Assembly (NCBI GenBank): GCA_001782075.1 | Contig: MFNO01000022.1 | Location: forward strand, 9,540-73,539 | Direction of reading: 5' to 3' | Origin: Candidatus Levybacteria bacterium RIFCSPHIGHO2_01_FULL_38_26 | Lineage (GTDB): Bacteria; Patescibacteriota; Microgenomatia; Levybacterales; UBA12049 | Length of the DNA: 64,000 nucleotides | Shown: piece after piece, positions 1 through 9,861 of the stretch | Numbering within the stretch: the stretch's first letter is position 1 | Layout: each line of letters opens with the position of its first letter | Program-made: the position numbers and the translations under genes | Notes under the pieces: model-generated | The model's database searches: none | The model's input: the letters and a program-made list of their open reading frames with translations, nothing else | What the model was told of the DNA's origin: nothing

Positions 1-862
1 TACCTTGTTTGATATATGGCACAAGAGTACCTGATAGATCGATGTTAAAGGTTGACGCGCCCAGAATATTTTCGATATCAGGGATAAAGACAATTAAGTT
101 ACCAGAATGTGAAATTTCTGTTATAACATTATCCAAGCGCGACTCTAGTTCTCCTTGATTAGTAGATCCTGCTAAAAGCCGATCAACAAGAAGTTGGAAA
201 AATTTTTGATGATAAAGATCCCCTTCAATATTTCCCAGGAAACTTTCAAATGCCAGAGTGTCAACAAGCGATGTTTTTCCACTACCAGGTTCTCCAACAA
301 GAATTGCACTTTTATTTTTATAAAGAAATTCGATCGTTTGCGTATATTCTTTCTCTCTTCCAGAAAGTAGTGGTTTTTCTTGTATGACCTTTCTTGTCAG
401 GTCAAACATGTATTTTTTGGTTTCGATTGTCCAGCCAAAGACCCAATTCTCTCCGATTCCTTCTCCCCAGAATCTGATTCTAATTGGGCGGGGTTTTTCT
501 TCTCGAGGATATGTTTTTCTTGCCCATAGGAGTATGTGAAAAAACTCTTCATTTTTAAGATTTTTGTCAAATAAAAGCTTAGTTTTGTCCTCGGAAAGCA
601 AAATATATGCGGCAAATAGATCCGTAGTTGTTACTGCCTTTCCTTTTGAGTCTTTTGCAAGATCAAAGGCTTTTTTTGCCAACTCTTTAATAGATATGTC
701 GTTGATTAAAGAAATCTCGCTTCTTTTGATGTTTGCTTTTGTCAAAATGAATTGCACTGCCTTTTTACGGACAAGGGTTTTTATCAAACTAGATGTATTT
801 GAAGATGATATTAAAATACCTAAAGCTTCAAGAGTAAAAGAATCATAGATGTTTTTGCTCAT
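1..862 (-). CDS. AAA+ Clp-family chaperone (ClpB/ClpC-like), N-terminal part; 3' end runs off the window
   Basis: Hand translation of the minus frame starting at ATG 862 gives MSKNIYDSFTLEALGIL... (Clp_N-like repeat) followed by the Walker A motif NAILVGEPGSGKTSLVDTLA and a Walker-B-like LIVFIPDIE. No stop before position 1. The ORF track entries 564..848(+) and 397..615(-) overlap it in other frames and look spurious. Confidence 0.5.
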   Translation of the reverse strand, partial: MSKNIYDSFTLEALGILISSSNTSSLIKTLVRKKAVQFILTKANIKRSEISLINDISIKELAKKAFDLAKDSKGKAVTTTDLFAAYILLSEDKTKLLFDKNLKNEEFFHILLWARKTYPREEKPRPIRIRFWGEGIGENWVFGWTIETKKYMFDLTRKVIQEKPLLSGREKEYTQTIEFLYKNKSAILVGEPGSGKTSLVDTLAFESFLGNIEGDLYHQKFFQLLVDRLLAGSTNQGELESRLDNVITEISHSGNLIVFIPDIENILGASTFNIDLSGTLVPYIKQG

Positions 863-1086
863 AAAAATTGGGGGCGTGATTCTTGAAATTTTAAAATAGA
901 AGAAAACTTCAAAAATTAGAAAAGAAGAGAGTAGAAATCCCGAGTACCGAGAGACGATCGATGAAAACAGTCCAGACGGAAGGTCTATCATTATAAAAAG
1001 CGTTAATACGACAAAAATGCTAAATCTTAGTGTCCTAATTGGGATTAAGTTATAAAAATAGTAAAGCCTTGCGTAATTTATCATAT

Positions 1087-1413
1087 TTATAGAATCAAAA
1101 TAATTGCTCCTATTGGCCAAAAAACGAAACCTAATAGAATAATCAGTTCAGCAGTCAAGAGTAAAAACAGCAAAAGAATATCCGTTAGGATTACAAAAGT
1201 TTTGATAAACACTGCCATGCCGATCGAAAATCCAACCAAGCCTTCTCTGTACTCATTTTTCCATGGTTTAAAATATGTTTTTATTAGCAAAGGCAAAGAA
1301 AATAATTGGAGAAAGGATTTGTTTACAGAAGTAAAATAATTAACAAGCCCAATTGGAGCCTCAAAAAACCAAAATTTAAGAAAAGCCAAAGGTAGGGTTG
1401 TTAAATAAAACAT
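1087..1413 (-). CDS. hypothetical small membrane protein
   Basis: 108 aa, hydrophobic throughout with several predicted TM segments; no motif recognised. Confidence 0.3.
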   Translation of the reverse strand: MFYLTTLPLAFLKFWFFEAPIGLVNYFTSVNKSFLQLFSLPLLIKTYFKPWKNEYREGLVGFSIGMAVFIKTFVILTDILLLFLLLTAELIILLGFVFWPIGAIILIL

Positions 1414-1454
1414 CTCCTCTTTAGTATAGGAAGTTTAGTATCAAAATACAAACC

Positions 1455-2888
1455 TTATATTCTCGGAAACAAAGGTTTTTGGGAGGTGATTTTTGGACCT
1501 TTAAATTGTTTTTCAATCTTCTCCGCAGTTTCGGGAAGGAAAGGTTTTAGCTCGTTTGCTATGTCGATGATCTTGTCAACATATCTAAATAATATATCTT
1601 TGAGCTTTTCATCGTCTGATACTCTCCAGGGTTCCTCATCGTTAATTATTCCATCGGTAATTCTAATATTACTCCAGATGTTGGATAGGGCATTTGAAAA
1701 ATTATAATCAAATCCAAATGATGTGTTAGGCTGTTTGAATTTAGAATGATTGCTTGGTTTATTATTGGGAAATTGATAGTTTATCCTTTCGCATAATTTA
1801 GCAACGCGGGCGACTAAATTTCCGAGTCCGTTTGCTAAATCTGCATTGTAGACTTCTTTAAACCTGCTTTCTGAAAAATCTCCGTCCTCAAAAGGGGAGA
1901 TTTCTTTTAATAGATAATAGCGAAGTGCGTCGGTACCATATTTTTCAATTAAATCTAGCGGATCTATAACATTCCCTAATGTTTTACTCATTTTTTGACC
2001 ATCGACAGTAAGATATCCATGAACGAAGAGTTTTTTTGGGGGGGTAAGTTTCGCCGAGAGAAGAAATGCAGGCCAGTATATTGCGTGGAACCTTAGAATT
2101 CCTTTTCCAATCACATGCAAATCAGCAGGCCACCATTTTTTGTATTTTTCCGTGTCTAGTGCAAATCCAATACCGCTTTGGTAAATATTTAGAGCGTCAA
2201 ACCAGACATACATTCTCTGCGTAGGATCATTGGGAACTGGGACACCCCAGTTTTTTGCCCTTTCATTTGAGCGGGAAATACTTATGTCTTTTAAACCTTG
2301 TTTAACAAATGAGAGAGCTTCATTTTTTCGCTTTTGCGGAATAATTTTAAGCTTATCTGTTTCGATCAGCTTTTCAATATCGTTTTGGTATTTTGACAGT
2401 TTGAAAAAGTAATTTGTTTCTGTTACTTCATCCAGTTTTTTCCCAGGGTGCTCAAAACATTCGCCTTTTTCGTTAAGCTCTTCTTTTTCGTAGAATAACT
2501 CGCATCCTACGCAATAAAGCCCTGTATATTCCTTTTTATAAATATCTCCATTTTTGTTGCATAACTCCCATAACTTCTGAGAAGAAGAATGATGCTTTGC
2601 ATCACTTCCTTTTTGAAAAACATCAAAGTGCACATTTAGTTTTTGGGCTAAATCCGCAAACAGCTTGCTGTTTTTTTCTACAAATTGCTGTATGGGTATT
2701 TTTTCTTTTTCCGCTGCTTGGACGTTTTTGAGCGCATTTTCATCTCCTCCTGAGAGAAGAAGAGTGTCGTCGCCTAGTATTTTGTGATAACGAGTTATAA
2801 CATCAGCTTGTACAAATTCTAATGCATGACCGATATGAGGCTTTGCATTTACATAAGGAATTGCGGTTGTTATATAAAATTTAGCCAT
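1455..2888 (-). CDS. metG: methionyl-tRNA synthetase (short form)
   Basis: HIGH motif (PHIGHALEFVQADV) and KMSKS motif (KMSKTLGNV); class I aaRS with a Zn-knuckle-like CVGCE...C..C segment. Confidence 0.9.
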   Translation of the reverse strand: MAKFYITTAIPYVNAKPHIGHALEFVQADVITRYHKILGDDTLLLSGGDENALKNVQAAEKEKIPIQQFVEKNSKLFADLAQKLNVHFDVFQKGSDAKHHSSSQKLWELCNKNGDIYKKEYTGLYCVGCELFYEKEELNEKGECFEHPGKKLDEVTETNYFFKLSKYQNDIEKLIETDKLKIIPQKRKNEALSFVKQGLKDISISRSNERAKNWGVPVPNDPTQRMYVWFDALNIYQSGIGFALDTEKYKKWWPADLHVIGKGILRFHAIYWPAFLLSAKLTPPKKLFVHGYLTVDGQKMSKTLGNVIDPLDLIEKYGTDALRYYLLKEISPFEDGDFSESRFKEVYNADLANGLGNLVARVAKLCERINYQFPNNKPSNHSKFKQPNTSFGFDYNFSNALSNIWSNIRITDGIINDEEPWRVSDDEKLKDILFRYVDKIIDIANELKPFLPETAEKIEKQFKGPKITSQKPLFPRI

Positions 2889-2929
2889 GGCATAATTATA
2901 ACAGGGCTTGAGCCTATAAACAAACCAAA

Positions 2930-3307
2930 TTATTTTTTGTGATTCGAAAATAGGAGCTCGAGGACGAAGAAGAGGGCTACAAGAAGTAATAGAAAAAAGA
3001 AATGGGTTAAGTTATAAAAGCGGAGAAGTAAATAGAAGACTATAGCAAGAGCAATAAGAAGACCTCTTCTAGAATTATTTAAAATATAAGCAGAGAGAGA
3101 AAAAGTAGATAGGAATACAAGAATAAAGAAGAATGGAATAGTTGTAAGTTGTAAGCCGTAAGAATTAAGCTTTTGTGTAGGGTCTGAGTTCATTATTAAA
3201 TAACTCAAAGAAGCAAAGGATATAAGGCTAAAAATCAAAAGAAGAAGTGGTCTTTTGCGGCGGCGCATATACATCCAGTTTAACACAATAAAAAAGGGAC
3301 TTGACAA
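2930..3307 (-). CDS. hypothetical membrane protein
   Basis: 125 aa, 3-4 hydrophobic helices; no motif recognised. Confidence 0.3.
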   Translation of the reverse strand: MSSPFFIVLNWMYMRRRKRPLLLLIFSLISFASLSYLIMNSDPTQKLNSYGLQLTTIPFFFILVFLSTFSLSAYILNNSRRGLLIALAIVFYLLLRFYNLTHFFFLLLLVALFFVLELLFSNHKK

Positions 3308-3337
3308 GCCTTAGCACTCATGCTATATTAGTGCTAA
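3301..3337 (+). promoter_or_regulatory. sigma70-like promoter overlapped by a CIRCE operator (HrcA binding site) for the hrcA-grpE-dnaK-dnaJ operon
   Basis: -35 TTGACA at 3301-3306, 17-nt spacer, -10 TATATT at 3324-3329. TTAGCACTC-N9-TAGTGCTAA at 3311-3337 has one mismatch to the CIRCE consensus TTAGCACTC-N9-GAGTGCTAA. Confidence 0.65.
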
Positions 3338-3413
3338 CCCTGCTGCATGCCTTCTTTCTTATGATCGCAATATGGTGTCATAAGAAGGGGCATGTGCAAG
3401 GGAGATTGAATTT

Positions 3414-4145
3414 ATGCACGATTTAACACAAAGACAAGTTGAGATATTAAAAAATCTTATTGAAGAATATATTGAAACTGCAGAGCCCGTTGGATCTGAA
3501 ACTTTGGAAAAGAAACATAATCTAAGCGCATCTCCTGCGACTATCAGAAATGAGATGGTTAGGCTAACCAAACTTGGCTATATCAAAAAGCCTCATGCTT
3601 CGGCCGGTCGTATTCCAACTTCAAGCGGTCTTAAGTTTTATGTCAAACAGCTCATGCGCGAGAAAGAACCTTCGATTGTAGAAAGCGTTGCTCTAAAAGA
3701 AAAAATGTGGAACCTCAGAGATAAAGAAACCCATTTCTTAAAAGAGCTAACAAAATCTCTTGCTGACAAGACCAAGGCCCTGGCAATCTCTTCTGCAAAT
3801 GAAGGAGATATTTATTGTTCAGGCTACGCAAATATTTTGGATATTCCTGAATTTTTTGATATAGACGTTACCAAAAATCTCTTGAGCGTGATTGATGAAT
3901 TTGAGTATTTTGATAATCTATTTTCAAACGTGATAGAAGATGAAGATGTTCATGTTCTTTTAGGAGAGGAGTTGGGTCCAAGGCTTCAGGGTCCATATGG
4001 ATTTGTTTTCACGCGCTACCAAACACCTATGCGAATGTCTGGAGAAATTGGCGTGTTGGGACCGGCAAGGCTTAATTACACACATATTATTCCAACAGTT
4101 AGATATTTTGGAGATCTTATTGAGGAAGCAGCTAAAGGCTGGTAG
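3414..4145 (+). CDS. hrcA: heat-inducible transcription repressor HrcA
   Basis: N-terminal winged-helix segment LTQRQVEILKNLIEEYIETAEPVGSETL typical of HrcA; sits upstream of grpE-dnaK; CIRCE element in its promoter. Confidence 0.85.
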   Translation: MHDLTQRQVEILKNLIEEYIETAEPVGSETLEKKHNLSASPATIRNEMVRLTKLGYIKKPHASAGRIPTSSGLKFYVKQLMREKEPSIVESVALKEKMWNLRDKETHFLKELTKSLADKTKALAISSANEGDIYCSGYANILDIPEFFDIDVTKNLLSVIDEFEYFDNLFSNVIEDEDVHVLLGEELGPRLQGPYGFVFTRYQTPMRMSGEIGVLGPARLNYTHIIPTVRYFGDLIEEAAKGW

Positions 4146-4188
4146 TTCATGAGAAAATAAAAGATGGAAAGCAGAAAGTAGAAATGTA

Positions 4189-4689
4189 ATGGACAAAAAC
4201 GGATCAAAAACAAAAAAAAGCGATAAAATTGAAAAAACAGAAGTCGATGAGTCGCTAAAAAAAATTGAAGATTTAGAAAATAAATACAAGAGGGCGATTG
4301 CTGATTATCAGAACCTTGATAAAAGAGTATCAGAGGAAAGAAAAGAATGGGTGCAAAAAAGCAATAGAGAATTACTCTTGCGTCTTTTGCCTGTTTTGGA
4401 TACACTAGTGTTGGCTTCAAAACATAGTAAAGACCAGGGTGTAGCTTTAAGTGTCCAGCAATTTCTGGATGTTCTAAAGCTTGAAGGCGTAGAAAAAATT
4501 GAGACTATAGGCAGGAATTTTGACCCTTACATAATGGAATGTGTTGATACGTTAGAAGGAGAAGCGGATAAAGTTTTGGAAGAATTTAGAACTGGGTATA
4601 CTTTACACGGGCAGTTACTCAGAAGCGCTCAGGTAAGGGTAGGAAAGAAAGGAAGAGATTCTTCTCCGCAAAAGGCGGGATTAGAATGA
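4189..4689 (+). CDS. grpE: nucleotide exchange factor GrpE
   Basis: Coiled-coil N-terminus plus a C-terminal GrpE-like segment; position between hrcA and dnaK. Confidence 0.85.
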   Translation: MDKNGSKTKKSDKIEKTEVDESLKKIEDLENKYKRAIADYQNLDKRVSEERKEWVQKSNRELLLRLLPVLDTLVLASKHSKDQGVALSVQQFLDVLKLEGVEKIETIGRNFDPYIMECVDTLEGEADKVLEEFRTGYTLHGQLLRSAQVRVGKKGRDSSPQKAGLE

Positions 4690-4704
4690 CATTGAAGGAG
4701 AATT

Positions 4705-6663
4705 ATGGGAAAAATAATTGGAATTGATTTAGGTACTACAAACTCATGCGTAGCTGTGATGGAGGGTGGAGAGCCCAAGGTGATTCACTCGGCAGAGGGT
4801 CGCAATGTTATTCCATCGGTAGTTGATCCGATATCGCATGTTGTTGGTGATGTCGCAAAGCGACAGTTGGTTCTAAAACCAAAGAGAACCATTTTTTCAA
4901 TAAAAAGACTGATGGGACGAAAATTCACGGATCCCTCCGTGCAGTTTGACATGAAATGGTTGCCCTATACGATTAAATCGGGTCGAGACGGAATGGCTGT
5001 TGTTGAAGTTGAGGGTCGCACTTTTACCCCGCAGGAAGTTTCGGCTCAGATTTTGCAAAAGATAAAAGCAGACGCGGAGAGCTATTTGGGGGGAAAGGTG
5101 ACGCAAGCTGTTATTACTGTTCCTGCTTATTTTGACGATTCGCAGAGACAAGCTACAAAGCAGGCAGGGGAAATAGCAGGGCTTGAAGTGCTTCGGATTA
5201 TTAACGAACCCACAGCATCAGCTCTCGCGTATGGACTTGACAAGAAAAACGCGCATACGGTGGCTATATATGATTTGGGCGGCGGGACATTTGATATATC
5301 TGTTCTTGAGCTTGGGGAAGGAGTTTATGAAGTAAAATCTACCAATGGAGACACCCATTTGGGCGGAGATGATTTTGACCAGGTAATTATCAATCATATC
5401 GCTGAAGAGTTTAAGAAAGAAAATAACGTTGATTTGAGAAAAGATCCTCAGGCTTTGCAAAGACTTAGAGAATCTGCTGAAAAAGCAAAGATTGAATTAT
5501 CAAGCAGTCAAGAAGCTCAAATCAATCAGCCATTTATTACACAGGGAAAAGAAGGGCCGTTGCATCTCACAATGTCATTAGGAAGGGCAAAGCTTGAGCA
5601 GTTGGTTGACAATCTTGTTCAAAAAACTCTTGAGCCGGTTAAACAAGCACTTAAAGATGCAAAGATTGAGAAAGATAAGATTGATGAAGTGGTCTTGGTT
5701 GGCGGAATGACGAGAATGCCCAAAATTGTTGATACTGTCACTAAGTTTTTTGGCAAAGAGCCAAATAAATCAGTAAATCCCGACGAGGTTGTGGCTGTAG
5801 GCGCTGCTGTTCAGGGTGGAGTTTTGGGAGGAGAAGTCAAAGATGTCCTGCTTTTGGACGTAACTCCTTTGACTCTTGGAATAGAGACACTGGGCGGAGT
5901 CTCAACGCCTCTTATTGAAAAAAATGCAACCATTCCTACTTCAAAATCTCAAATTTTCTCAACTGCGGGGGATAGCCAGACTCAAGTTGAGATAAACGTA
6001 TTGCAAGGAGAGAGACCAATGGCTATGGATAACAAATCTTTGGGTAGATTTATCCTAAGCGGAATTCCGCCATCTCCTCGTGGTGTTCCTCAAATTGAAG
6101 TAACATTTGATATAGACGCAAGCGGAATTTTGAACGTAAAAGCGCAGGATAAAGCAACAGGAAAGGAACAAAGTATTAAAATTACAGGATCAACGGGACT
6201 TACAAAGGATGAGATTGAGAAAATGAAAAGAGATGCAGAGGAGCATGCAAAAGAAGATACAGAGAAAAAGGGAAAAATTGAGGCAAAAAATACAGCAGAT
6301 TCTCTCATATTTACCGCGGAAAAAACACTTAAAGACGCGGGAGATAAAGTTGCTGGGGATGTAAAAAAAGAAGTTGAGGATAAAATCTCTGCACTTAAGG
6401 CTGTTCTTGAGACCGGTACAAAAGAAGATTTGGAAGCAAAGAGCAAAGATTTATCAGACAGTCTTCAAAAAGTCGGACAGGCAATGTATTCTTCAGGGGG
6501 GTCAGCCCAAGGTCAATCCGATCAGACAGAAGGACAACAAGCAGGCGATTCCCAACATACTACAGATTCCGCAGGACCTGACACCGCAAATGGAGAGAAA
6601 AAAGATAAAAAAGCAAATGGTAAAAAGTCAGAGGAGCCGGTTGAGGGAGAAGTCGTAGAATAA
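4705..6663 (+). CDS. dnaK: Hsp70 chaperone DnaK
   Basis: [22 protein letters not shown] and [11 protein letters not shown] Hsp70 signatures; 652 aa. Confidence 0.97.
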   Translation: MGKIIGIDLGTTNSCVAVMEGGEPKVIHSAEGRNVIPSVVDPISHVVGDVAKRQLVLKPKRTIFSIKRLMGRKFTDPSVQFDMKWLPYTIKSGRDGMAVVEVEGRTFTPQEVSAQILQKIKADAESYLGGKVTQAVITVPAYFDDSQRQATKQAGEIAGLEVLRIINEPTASALAYGLDKKNAHTVAIYDLGGGTFDISVLELGEGVYEVKSTNGDTHLGGDDFDQVIINHIAEEFKKENNVDLRKDPQALQRLRESAEKAKIELSSSQEAQINQPFITQGKEGPLHLTMSLGRAKLEQLVDNLVQKTLEPVKQALKDAKIEKDKIDEVVLVGGMTRMPKIVDTVTKFFGKEPNKSVNPDEVVAVGAAVQGGVLGGEVKDVLLLDVTPLTLGIETLGGVSTPLIEKNATIPTSKSQIFSTAGDSQTQVEINVLQGERPMAMDNKSLGRFILSGIPPSPRGVPQIEVTFDIDASGILNVKAQDKATGKEQSIKITGSTGLTKDEIEKMKRDAEEHAKEDTEKKGKIEAKNTADSLIFTAEKTLKDAGDKVAGDVKKEVEDKISALKAVLETGTKEDLEAKSKDLSDSLQKVGQAMYSSGGSAQGQSDQTEGQQAGDSQHTTDSAGPDTANGEKKDKKANGKKSEEPVEGEVVE

Positions 6664-6672
6664 GATCTTAGG

Positions 6673-6759
6673 GTTGTCATTCTGATCCTGAGCTTGTCGA
6701 AGGAGAAGAAGCTCGAACGAAGCTCGACGAGAGATCCTTCACCTCCTTCATGATGACAG
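6673..6759. repeat. GC-rich TIR-flanked intergenic repeat (copy A), immediately 3' of dnaK
   Basis: Begins GTTGTCAT and ends GATGACAG; contains CTTGTC and GAAGGAG/CTCCTTC stem segments. A diverged second copy with the same termini lies at 37455-37527 after secY. Confidence 0.35.
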
Positions 6760-6768
6760 AGGAAAGAG

Positions 6769-6788
6769 AGCGCGATTAGCGCTTTTTT
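6769..6788 (+). terminator. intrinsic terminator-like hairpin + T-run between dnaK and dnaJ
   Basis: AGCGC-GATTA-GCGCT stem-loop followed by TTTTTT. Confidence 0.4.
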
Positions 6789-6802
6789 AGTATAATAAAC
6801 AC

Positions 6803-7723
6803 ATGGCAACAGCAAATGACTATTACAAAATACTGGGAGTGTCTAAAAGCGCATCTAAGGAGGAGATAAAGAAGGCGTATCGAAAGCTTGCCCTTGAACA
6901 TCACCCGGATCGAAACAAATCTAAAGATGCGGCTGAGAAATTCAAGGAAGTAAATAAGGCTTACGAAGTTTTGTCTGATCCTCAAAAGAGACAAACTTAT
7001 GATCAGTTTGGCCATGCCGCATTTGAGCAGGGTGCCGGTCAGGGCCCTTTTGGAGGAGCAGGAGGACCATTCGGCGGTGCTGGGGGCGGGCAGACACGAG
7101 GCGGTCAATACGGGCCGTTTACTTATACATATACATCATCCGGTGGGGATGGTGGAGCAAATTATGACTTTGGAGGATTTTCGGATCCGTTTGAAATATT
7201 TGAGCAATTTTTTGGAGGCGGTTCGACTTTTGGCGGTCGACAAAGAAGGTCAACTTACTCTTTGTCTATAGATTTTATGGAGGCAATACGGGGTGTTGAG
7301 AAGAGGGTTACAATCGATGGTAAGACACAGACAATAAAAATTCCAGCAGGAGTTGATGATGGCTCCAGGATCCGTTTCGGAAATTATGATGTTGTTTTGG
7401 ATGTCCGACCGGACCTAAGATTTAGAAGAGAGGGATCAGATATTGTTTCTGAGAAGGAGGTATCTTTTTCTCAGGCTGCTTTGGGGGATACGGTTGAGGT
7501 AGAGACGATAGATGGAGGGGTAAAACTTAGAGTGCCTGCCGGCTCCCAGCCAAATACAATCATTAGACTACGCCAAAGAGGAGTGACTCGACTTAGCGGT
7601 GGTGGACGGGGAGACCATTATGTAAGAATTAAAATAGTTGTCCCGAAGAATTTGTCTCGTCGTCAAAAACAACTGCTTGAAGAATTTCAAAAAGAAAACT
7701 CTTCGAGAAAGGGGTGGTTTTAA
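6803..7723 (+). CDS. dnaJ: DnaJ-family co-chaperone (J domain + G/F region + C-terminal domains, no zinc finger; CbpA-like)
   Basis: J-domain [33 protein letters not shown] with the HPD motif; Gly/Phe-rich linker; no CxxCxGxG repeats. Confidence 0.85.
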   Translation: MATANDYYKILGVSKSASKEEIKKAYRKLALEHHPDRNKSKDAAEKFKEVNKAYEVLSDPQKRQTYDQFGHAAFEQGAGQGPFGGAGGPFGGAGGGQTRGGQYGPFTYTYTSSGGDGGANYDFGGFSDPFEIFEQFFGGGSTFGGRQRRSTYSLSIDFMEAIRGVEKRVTIDGKTQTIKIPAGVDDGSRIRFGNYDVVLDVRPDLRFRREGSDIVSEKEVSFSQAALGDTVEVETIDGGVKLRVPAGSQPNTIIRLRQRGVTRLSGGGRGDHYVRIKIVVPKNLSRRQKQLLEEFQKENSSRKGWF

Positions 7724-8091
7724 CCATGCAAAAAATTATTCCAACCATATATTTTTATTTATTAAGCGCGGTTGGGATGGTTTTGATTATTATTGGATTG
7801 TTTAATTCAACGCATTATATCGTTGGAGTTACTGCTTATGATAAATATCCTTTGGGCTACAGCCCTGAATCCAGATGTGAATTTACGCCAAAACCAGTCT
7901 TGCTTGAGGGACAGACAGAAGTAGAATCCAGCCCTGAAGATCTACAAAAATCAAAGGACGAGTGTTTAAAAAGCGTTGAAGAAGAGCGAAGAAATAAAAA
8001 GGTAGATGATTTGGAGAAATCAATAACCTTTACCGCAATTGGTCTTTTGGTATTCGGCGCCCACTTCTACTTCGCCCGCCGCCGGGAATGA
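7714..8091 (+). CDS. hypothetical membrane protein (2 TM)
   Basis: N- and C-terminal hydrophobic helices with an acidic central region. Confidence 0.3.
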   Translation: MVLTMQKIIPTIYFYLLSAVGMVLIIIGLFNSTHYIVGVTAYDKYPLGYSPESRCEFTPKPVLLEGQTEVESSPEDLQKSKDECLKSVEEERRNKKVDDLEKSITFTAIGLLVFGAHFYFARRRE

Positions 8092-8415
8092 GCTTTAGCG
8101 CAACGCAACTGGAATAGTTATCCCAAGATCCATAAGCTTCTTAAATTGTTCTTTCCCAATCTTCAAAAGCAAGTCTTGCTTAAAATATGCTAGATCGTTT
8201 TTCACTTTTTTCTTATTTAACAAAAAGAATTTCATAAGCTTCATACTAATATTATTGTAATTCCTGAAGTCTTAGGTATATAAAAAATCCAACTGCAATT
8301 CCTGTAAGCATAACTGTTTCCATAATAAAATCATTTTCTTTTATAGGTTTAAATATTTGATGAATTGAAGGTAAGAAATATGAAAGAAATTAAGCGTATT
8401 CTAAAGCTAAGAGGG

Positions 8416-8979
8416 TTAGTTGCTTTCTTTCCATTTAATACTGCAGCCGGAGCTTGGTTTTTGGTTATCGGTTACCGATTCATCGTTTAAAACATTGTCG
8501 ATTGCGTTTCTGAGGTCATGTCCGTCGGTTGGGAAGTTATTTCCGGGTCTGCTGTCGTCAAGCTGTCCTCTGTAGGCTAATTTTCTTTCTTTGTCAAAAA
8601 GGAAAAAGTCCGGAGTGCAGACGGCAGTGTATTCTTTTGCGACTGCTTGTGTTTCGTCAAACAATAATGGGAAGGTAAATCCTTCTTCTTCTGCCATTTC
8701 TCTAAGACTTTCCGGCGCGTCTTGCGGATAGCTTGCCGGATCATTAGAGCTTATCGAAACAATTCCTATGTCTTTATCCTTGTAATCTTTCCCTATTCTT
8801 GCCAGCTCTTCTTTAACATGCTGCACATACGGGCAATGTCTGCAGATAAACATTACAAGAAGCGCCTTTTTGTTTTTGAATGTGTCCAATGAAACATTTT
8901 GTCCAGATACAACATCAGTCAAACTAAAATCAGGCGCTTTGGTTCCAAGCGTTAACATGGTAGACTGCATCAGTGCCAT
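8416..8979 (-). CDS. thioredoxin-fold protein (AhpC/TSA / thiol-disulfide oxidoreductase-like)
   Basis: CxxC-type motif FICRHCPYVQ in a thioredoxin-like context; about 187 aa. Confidence 0.55.
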   Translation of the reverse strand: MALMQSTMLTLGTKAPDFSLTDVVSGQNVSLDTFKNKKALLVMFICRHCPYVQHVKEELARIGKDYKDKDIGIVSISSNDPASYPQDAPESLREMAEEEGFTFPLLFDETQAVAKEYTAVCTPDFFLFDKERKLAYRGQLDDSRPGNNFPTDGHDLRNAIDNVLNDESVTDNQKPSSGCSIKWKESN

Positions 8980-9066
8980 AATATTTTATATAAAATAGCA
9001 CATATCTTTTTTTAAAACAACCCTTAAATTATTGTTTCTGTAATATATAATTGGTAGTATTTTATT

Positions 9067-9861
9067 ATGATTGATGTTCATTGTCATTTAAATTTTCACG
9101 CATTTGAGAAGGATTACGAGAAGGTAATCAATAGTGCATATGATGCTGGGGTTACGAAGATTATTAATGTTGGGACCAAGATTGATTCGAGTCAAAAAGC
9201 AGTAGAGCTTGCAAGGAATTACGAAAACCTGTTTGCTATTGTCGGTGTTCATCCTCATCATGCAGACAAAATTGAAAGTGGATGGGAAGCTGAACTGGAA
9301 AAATTAGCCAAAGATACTAAAGTGGTTGGGATTGGGGAGTGCGGGATGGATTATTATAGATATAAATCAAACGATATCGTTGACCCAAAGGTTCAAAAAG
9401 AAATTTTTATAAAACAGATTGAACTTGCTTATAAACTTAAATTACCTCTACAAATTCACAATAGACATGCAGGCAAAGATATCCTCGATATAATCATAAA
9501 TCATAAATCATATCTTTCAGATCCTCCAGGGATGTTTCACTGCATGTCAGGAGATATTGATTTTTTAAAAAAAGTTCTTGATTTAGGTTTTTATGTTGGT
9601 TTTGATGGAAACATAACTTACAAAGGCATTGCGCCTGGAGAAAATACAGAGCTTAAAGACTTGGTTAAGTACGCTCCGCTTGATAGGATTGTCACAGAGA
9701 CAGACAGCCCTTTTTTAACCCCGCAGCCAAAACGAGGTAGCAGAAACATGCCAGAAAATGTTATAATTATAGGTAGGTTTATTGCGCAAATAAATGGATT
9801 GACATTGGGGCAAGTTGAGGAGCAAACAACAAAAAACGCGCACAATGTTTTTAAACTATGA
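9067..9861 (+). CDS. tatD: TatD-family metal-dependent DNase/hydrolase
   Basis: N-terminal IDVHCHLNF (HxH metal site), GVHPHH and GECGMDY segments typical of TatD. Confidence 0.8.
   Translation: MIDVHCHLNFHAFEKDYEKVINSAYDAGVTKIINVGTKIDSSQKAVELARNYENLFAIVGVHPHHADKIESGWEAELEKLAKDTKVVGIGECGMDYYRYKSNDIVDPKVQKEIFIKQIELAYKLKLPLQIHNRHAGKDILDIIINHKSYLSDPPGMFHCMSGDIDFLKKVLDLGFYVGFDGNITYKGIAPGENTELKDLVKYAPLDRIVTETDSPFLTPQPKRGSRNMPENVIIIGRFIAQINGLTLGQVEEQTTKNAHNVFKL

Noticed and set aside
564-848. ORF-track CDS 564..848(+) and 397..615(-)
   Set aside because: Both lie in alternative frames inside the long minus-strand Clp-family ORF (1..862), which carries a clear Walker A motif. They are treated as spurious.
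4897-6658. Several ORFs antisense to or out of frame with dnaK (4897..5151, 5218..5460, 6090..6446, 6374..6658)
   Set aside because: They overlap a strongly supported Hsp70 gene; no independent signal.
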